From: an uncultured Alcanivorax sp.
GTDB taxonomy: Bacteria > Pseudomonadota > Gammaproteobacteria > Pseudomonadales > Alcanivoracaceae
Direction of reading: 5' to 3'
Length of the DNA stretch: 64,000 bases
NCBI GenBank assembly: GCA_913055795.1
Contig: CAJXLA010000001.1
Coordinates: 9,997 to 73,996, forward strand
Below are positions 58,665 to 64,000 of the stretch, piece after piece (position 1 is the stretch's first letter; each line of letters begins with the position of its first letter). The position numbers and the translations under genes were made by a program. The notes beneath the pieces are model-generated. The model saw nothing but the letters and a program-made list of their open reading frames with translations, was not told where the DNA came from and made no database searches.

Positions 58665-60692
58665 TCAGGCGCCGGCGTGCTCTTCCGGTGCGGGGTTGTG
58701 CGTGATGGTCACCTCCCCCGTACCGCCATCCAGAACTACACCCGTGCCTTCCGGCAGGCAGTGCATGGCGTCATCGAGGCCGCGCACGGCGGGTATGCCC
58801 AGTTCCCGAGCGAGGGCGGCCGCTGAATCAAGCGCATCCTCACTGGCCAGCACCAGCCCGGAGGCCAGGCAGAGCCAGGGCAGCCAGCCCGGATCACACT
58901 GATCCAGTACCACCACGTCCCCGGGCTCGATCCGGGAAAGCTCCCAGGCGGAATGCAGGCGGCGTGTACAGCCTTCGACCCGGCCGGGCACCCAGGCGCG
59001 CCCGCGCAACAAGGGGTGGGTCTGCCCTTCCAGATTGATGCCGTAGCCCACCTGATCCATGATCCAGTCCGGCGCGCCCTGATGGGCATCGCTCATGTAG
59101 CGCAGCTTGCGCTGACCCAGTCCATCGGCATTGACGCCGCCCTGCCCGTTCCAGACCTGCCAGAACTCGTCAAAATAGAGGAAAAACACATCCTCGGGCC
59201 GTTGCAGCAAGCCCTCGTCCACCAGAATCGCGGCCATGCGCATCAACTGACGGCGCAGAACCGCGCCCAGCCGATACCGCAGACCCCGGGCCCGGGCGCG
59301 AAGCACCAGCGCTTCCGGAGGCCGGTGATCGCTGTCCAGCGCCAGCAGGGCACGACAGCGTTCCGGCCCCAGCGCCTCAAGGGTCCTCAGTTCCCCCGGA
59401 TTATCGCGAAAGCGCGGCAGCACCGGATCCGCACCGGCGGAGGCATCCGGCACCGCTTCGCACAAGGTGGCGGCCGCCGGCGTACGCCCCAGCGTGCACA
59501 ACACCTGCAGTTCGACCGGCGCCAACAATGACGCCAGCGGGACAGTCTCCTCTTCCAATGCGGCCGCTGGTACGCGCAAGTAATTGATAACGCCCTCTTC
59601 CCGCGCCAGACGCTCACCCAGCCGATCCAGGTGAATCAGAAATTGCCATAACTGGTCGCGGGACGAATCCGCGGCCGGGATCGGCGAAGCCGCGAGGGCT
59701 CGCTCCAGGCGCCGCAACTGCCATCCCGACCAGAGTTCGGCCGTGCGCGAGCACAGACGCCGCACACGCCGATCCGTATCCGGGGGCCCTCCATCGCGCC
59801 ACGCCGGCGGGAGCGTCTGTTCCAGTGCCGAAACCGGATGCAGACGGTGCAGTTCACGCAGGAAGCGGGCATTGCTGTAGATATGGCTGTGCACCCGGCG
59901 ATAGGGTTCGAGATTTTCCATCTCGGTCCAGCCCAGACGCCGGCCCAGATTGCGCCAGAAATGGACCTTGAGCCAGCGGCTCTCCAGGGTGTACCAGAGC
60001 GGACTGACCACCTGGGTCCACAACCCCATGCCGTGGCGCCGCGTCCAGACCTCTACAGGGCTGGGCAGGCTGCCCACCGGCAGGCTCTGCAGCAGCCACA
60101 GCTGTTCGCCGTCCCAGATCCATTCACAGGCCTGGGGGACGTCGGTCCAGCGGGTAAGCTGCTGCACCAGCTCCAGAAAGGGGGTGCCCCCGATGCGGGG
60201 CAACGCTCCGGTGTCGCTGCGCGACCAGGCGATCTCGCCGGAGCGCTGGAGAATCATGCGCTCTTTCTCTTCGCCGTCCTCGGCCATGCCCTCGACCACG
60301 ATATGATCCAGATCCGGGCGCATGGGGTGGCGGCTGAACAACACGCCGGCGGCACGGCGCGCCGGCAGCGACTGGATTACCACCTCCTCGGGGGCGTGAT
60401 CCGAGCCGAAGAACTGTTCCAGCGCCGCCGCCAGAGCCGCATCACTGTCCAGGTTGGCAAGATTGCGCCGCAAGGATTCCGGATTCACCGTGCCCTGTTG
60501 CATGACCCAGTAACGGTGCTCGTCCGGATGCGTAAGCTCACTCAGGGCCGCGATCAGCTCGCCCGGGGCGGCATCTACCACATCCGCGCGGTGGACGCGC
60601 CAACTCGGAGGCACGGGTAGACCTGCGGCGGCCCAGCGTTGCAGCGGCCAGGCTTGTTCATCGGAATCCGGGGCCAGGGGTTCAATGTGCAT
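58665..60692 (-). CDS. Degenerate PEP-utilizing enzyme (ATP-grasp-like, helical and swivel domains; catalytic His absent)
   Basis: C-terminal PGDVVV...DPGW...ARELGIPAV...LDG..G.V swivel domain and N-terminal GLPVP/AAGVLFS/EW/LLQ remnants. Confidence 0.8.
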   Translation of the reverse strand: MHIEPLAPDSDEQAWPLQRWAAAGLPVPPSWRVHRADVVDAAPGELIAALSELTHPDEHRYWVMQQGTVNPESLRRNLANLDSDAALAAALEQFFGSDHAPEEVVIQSLPARRAAGVLFSRHPMRPDLDHIVVEGMAEDGEEKERMILQRSGEIAWSRSDTGALPRIGGTPFLELVQQLTRWTDVPQACEWIWDGEQLWLLQSLPVGSLPSPVEVWTRRHGMGLWTQVVSPLWYTLESRWLKVHFWRNLGRRLGWTEMENLEPYRRVHSHIYSNARFLRELHRLHPVSALEQTLPPAWRDGGPPDTDRRVRRLCSRTAELWSGWQLRRLERALAASPIPAADSSRDQLWQFLIHLDRLGERLAREEGVINYLRVPAAALEEETVPLASLLAPVELQVLCTLGRTPAAATLCEAVPDASAGADPVLPRFRDNPGELRTLEALGPERCRALLALDSDHRPPEALVLRARARGLRYRLGAVLRRQLMRMAAILVDEGLLQRPEDVFFLYFDEFWQVWNGQGGVNADGLGQRKLRYMSDAHQGAPDWIMDQVGYGINLEGQTHPLLRGRAWVPGRVEGCTRRLHSAWELSRIEPGDVVVLDQCDPGWLPWLCLASGLVLASEDALDSAAALARELGIPAVRGLDDAMHCLPEGTGVVLDGGTGEVTITHNPAPEEHAGA

Positions 60693-61443
60693 GATCACGA
60701 CGCCCTGCCCGGGCCAGCGCTGCCCCGATCCGATAACCCGCTGCGTGGAGCACGGGCGTCAGTACAAGACCGGGAATGGCAATCTGAACGGCCAGCCCGC
60801 CGAACAGGACCGGAGCCTTCATCAGGGTACTCATCAGTGATTCCTGCCAGTAAAAAAACCAGGGATGCTCCGGTGGGAAAATCCACTCGTGCAAGGTGTT
60901 GAAAACCGCCTCGGGCCCGGCGATCGCCAGCGGGGCCACCACCGCCAGGGCCAGCACAGCGCTGGCCTGCAACCGAACCTTGCGCGACGGTGTGCCCAGC
61001 CAGCGCCCCACTAATGCCAGCGGCAACCATAGCAAGGCCACGGCCACCGAGACCAGCAGGAGCCACTCCAGCAAATCGGCCACATCGCGTAAATGATTGA
61101 TTTCATCCTGATTCAACAGCCGAATGTCGCCTCCGGCCGGGCCGGGATACCGGATCTGTGTGAGCCCCGCACCGCCGCTGTGCACGGCCTGGCTGATTTG
61201 CGTGAAAGCCCGGTAATGCTGTTCCGGCGGCAATTGCGCGAACCCGGGTTTTGCCGGATTCTGGGGCGCATACTCGTTGATGTGGCCTTCGATATCCAGA
61301 GCTTGATACCAGAACGGATACGCATAATCGAAGCAGGCACTCAACCACCACGACAGCAAGAGCCCCAGCCAGAGACAGGTCAGGGCATACAACAGCCAGC
61401 TCAGCCGGGCGGGGAGGTGGTCGAAAATGGCAGGACGCGTCAT
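60682..61443 (-). CDS. DUF1461/TIGR01906 membrane protein, lipoprotein intramolecular transacylase (Lit)-like
   Basis: Four TM helices, EINHLRDV and FNTLHEWIFP..W.F motifs. Confidence 0.75.
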   Translation of the reverse strand: MTRPAIFDHLPARLSWLLYALTCLWLGLLLSWWLSACFDYAYPFWYQALDIEGHINEYAPQNPAKPGFAQLPPEQHYRAFTQISQAVHSGGAGLTQIRYPGPAGGDIRLLNQDEINHLRDVADLLEWLLLVSVAVALLWLPLALVGRWLGTPSRKVRLQASAVLALAVVAPLAIAGPEAVFNTLHEWIFPPEHPWFFYWQESLMSTLMKAPVLFGGLAVQIAIPGLVLTPVLHAAGYRIGAALARAGRRDHAH

Positions 61444-61552
61444 AATTGGCCGTTCTGTCGATGCCGGAATCCGGGAGCTCTGCCATCGCCGGAGCCGGAT
61501 GAATCAAAGCGCGCAAAACACAGCAAGTATAATAACCAGAGGAACAACGCCC

Positions 61553-63208
61553 ATGCGAGCAGGACTGGCGTTACTGTCATTACTGATCCTGGCCGGCTGC
61601 GCCACCACGCGGGAACTCCCCCAGGCGCCCGACGGACCCGCCCAACAGGCGCTGGAACAGGATTACTATCACGTCGATATCCCCACCCATGACGGCAAGG
61701 AACTCAAGGCCACGGTCTATCAGCCGGAACTGGCCGCCGGCGAAACCGCGCCCGTGGTGATTGCTACCCACGGGTTCGGCATTTCACGCGCGAAGCGTCC
61801 CTGGTCCTTTCACGGCCAATGGATGATCACCGGTGAAGCCGCGCTCAAGGCCTGGAAACAGGGCTACTGGGTTGTTTATTACGATCAGCGTGGCTGGGGC
61901 GACAGCGAGGGCGTGGTCCGCATGATGGATCCGGACTACGAGGTCCGTGACGTATCCAGCGTGATCGACTGGACTCTGGAGCACATCCCGGCGGTCAAAG
62001 AGCTGAACGATGGCGACCCGGCCCTGGGCATGATTGGCGAGTCCTATGGGGGCGGCGCACAGACCATGGCGAGCTTCGAGGACCCGCGGCTGGAAGCACT
62101 GGTGCCCATTGCCACCTGGCATGATCTCAATGCCCTGGCACCCAATGGCCACATGCGCACCAACTGGGGCGCTCACCTTTTCAGCATCGGGGCCTTCGCC
62201 AGCGGTTTCGACATCGGTTTCATGGTGCAAAAGCCCATGCGTAGCGGTTTTACGGGCACCGTGAGTCACGCGGCGCAACGCAAGATGCGCAAGCACAGCC
62301 CCGTGCACTATTGCGAGGATGAGCAATACCCGCAAGCAGATGCCCTCTTTGTCCAGGGTTTCCGCGACAGCGTCTTTCCGCTCCAGGAAGGGCTCGACAA
62401 CCGCGCATGCTTCGAGGCGGGCGGCAATGACGCCCGCATGCTGGCGATTCAAGGGGGGCATATCCTGCCCTGGCCGGTTCAGAAATTTTCCGGTAAGCCC
62501 CTGTTCAACACCGAGGATGAAATCCGGTGCGGCCAGCAGGAGCCGGTCAAGCTCGAGGACTTGATTCTGCACTGGTGGGACGAAAAACTGCGCGGCGAGG
62601 AACGCCAGGTACCGGAGTTTTGCGTCACCCTGAACGAAGAGGGTGAAGGTCAGGCCATGAAGCGCTTCCCCAGCGGTGGCGAGGAATTCATGCTGCCCGA
62701 CAGCAAGGTGCATCTGCCGCTGGCGGGCATGTTCGAGTGGCTCATGATTCCCATGGATGTGGGTTTCGATCTCTGGCGCAAGGTCTGGTGGTCGGGCGCG
62801 GATTACCGCATGAAAAAGCCCGACGGCGGGATTGGCCGACCCAAGTTCGTGCCGCTGTACATTGCGCATGAAGACGAACGGTTGCTGGGCATCCCGGAAA
62901 TCGATATTCGCCTGGACTCAACGGCGTCGAAGATCACGGCCAAGGCCTTCGTCGGGGTGGGTGTGCAGGAAGCCGGCATGCGCCGGGTTCATGTGGCCAG
63001 CGAACAGCTGACCCCGTTGCCCGGCAAGGGGGTCTACAAGCAGGAGCTACCCGCCGTGTCGCGCAAGCTGGACCACGGAGACCGGGTGGGCCTGGTCATC
63101 TATGGCTATACCTGGCAGTTCTTCACCAATCCCAGTTACTGGCACAACGTGGCGCGTCTCGGAGGGGATGTTTACCTGCCTATTCTGGGGCCCGCGGATG
63201 AATCCTGA
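61553..63208 (+). CDS. CocE/NonD (S15)-type acyl esterase lipoprotein
   Basis: Lipobox LAGC, DQRGWGDSEG, GESYGG nucleophile elbow and GGH. Confidence 0.85.
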   Translation: MRAGLALLSLLILAGCATTRELPQAPDGPAQQALEQDYYHVDIPTHDGKELKATVYQPELAAGETAPVVIATHGFGISRAKRPWSFHGQWMITGEAALKAWKQGYWVVYYDQRGWGDSEGVVRMMDPDYEVRDVSSVIDWTLEHIPAVKELNDGDPALGMIGESYGGGAQTMASFEDPRLEALVPIATWHDLNALAPNGHMRTNWGAHLFSIGAFASGFDIGFMVQKPMRSGFTGTVSHAAQRKMRKHSPVHYCEDEQYPQADALFVQGFRDSVFPLQEGLDNRACFEAGGNDARMLAIQGGHILPWPVQKFSGKPLFNTEDEIRCGQQEPVKLEDLILHWWDEKLRGEERQVPEFCVTLNEEGEGQAMKRFPSGGEEFMLPDSKVHLPLAGMFEWLMIPMDVGFDLWRKVWWSGADYRMKKPDGGIGRPKFVPLYIAHEDERLLGIPEIDIRLDSTASKITAKAFVGVGVQEAGMRRVHVASEQLTPLPGKGVYKQELPAVSRKLDHGDRVGLVIYGYTWQFFTNPSYWHNVARLGGDVYLPILGPADES

Positions 63209-64000
63209 CCCAGTCGCCCTGGTCGGTACGCAGGGAGGCGTACCGTTGTGGCGGCAGGCCGTGGAAGGACTGGTCGAATAACAGTTTGACGGCGAAGCGC
63301 ATCTTGTCGTCGGGCGGCCAGCCCCGGATCTGATAGCCCAGGTTGGGCAACTGCCCCGGATACCGTTCCGGTTTTACCTCCTTGTCCTCGTTATCCTGAT
63401 AGATCAGCCCCAGCGGAATACCGGACAACGGCTTGGGCACCTCCAACAGGGTTAACAGCGAAAAGTTCTTGCCCGAGTCGAACAGGATCCAGTCCTCATC
63501 CGTGCTCAGTCCCCGCTCCACGAGCTTGCGTTCCTGGTTGTCCATACGGCCGTCCACCCGACCCACCAGATCCCCCGCGCGCGCTGTTTTGACCCGGGCA
63601 CCATATTGCTCGTGGCCGTCCATGGATACGGACACCCGGGGTTCTTTCAACGTAGCCCGGTACATAAACGGGATCTCGGCATAGGTGTGTGCTTCATAGT
63701 GCGCGGGATAGCGCAGCGCCTGCACCTGCATGGTCATCACCGGAATGCCGGAGATCACCACCCGGGTCTCCAGGTGCATGACCGAACGGATGGGCCCGGT
63801 CTTGAGCCCCAGCAGCCGGGGATCCAGATTGCGATTGGTGAGCGTCATGCGGGTGAACCGGCTCAAGACACCCGCCGACATGCGCATTTTCAGCGTATCG
63901 ATAATGGAGCCATCGCCTTCGTAGCCGCGATAGCCCAGATGCCGCCAGTTCAGTTCGTTCTCCGGGTCCACCTCCAGCCGGTACCAGGGGGTACGGGTGA
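63180..64000 (-). CDS. Hypothetical protein, 5' end outside window
   Basis: The frame stays open to the window edge (TRTPWYRLEVDPENE...) with typical codon usage. Confidence 0.75.
   Translation of the reverse strand, partial: TRTPWYRLEVDPENELNWRHLGYRGYEGDGSIIDTLKMRMSAGVLSRFTRMTLTNRNLDPRLLGLKTGPIRSVMHLETRVVISGIPVMTMQVQALRYPAHYEAHTYAEIPFMYRATLKEPRVSVSMDGHEQYGARVKTARAGDLVGRVDGRMDNQERKLVERGLSTDEDWILFDSGKNFSLLTLLEVPKPLSGIPLGLIYQDNEDKEVKPERYPGQLPNLGYQIRGWPPDDKMRFAVKLLFDQSFHGLPPQRYASLRTDQGDWVRIHPRAPE

Overview
GC-rich gammaproteobacterial chromosomal DNA. The gene content suggests a marine or halophilic lipid/hydrocarbon degrader of the Alcanivoracaceae type (inference). It holds about 50 mostly housekeeping and lipid-metabolism genes. 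I recognised no rRNA, tRNA, CRISPR array, prophage or intact transposase. Main non-obvious observations: (1) a 28-bp XerCD dif site at 6523-6550, with KOPS octamers switching strand around it, so the window probably spans the replication terminus; two decayed metal-handling pseudogenes lie next to it. (2) A 10-kb same-strand cluster (13020-23219) of an alkyl-DHAP-synthase-like flavoprotein, GlpD-like oxidase, FGGY kinase, GMC oxidoreductase plus small partner, aldehyde dehydrogenase and PLP enzyme, which could form an alkylglycerol ether lipid pathway. (3) An intact but catalytically eroded PEP-synthase/rifampicin-phosphotransferase-like protein coupled to a Lit-like (DUF1461) membrane protein. 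(4) A diiron enzyme, two hotdog thioesterases and a PhaC-like hydrolase in one locus. (5) A TA-flanked MITE, a REP doublet and three inverted 7-bp tandem arrays between convergent genes. Start codons were refined by eye from RBS and overlap patterns. Family assignments come from remembered motifs, not database searches.
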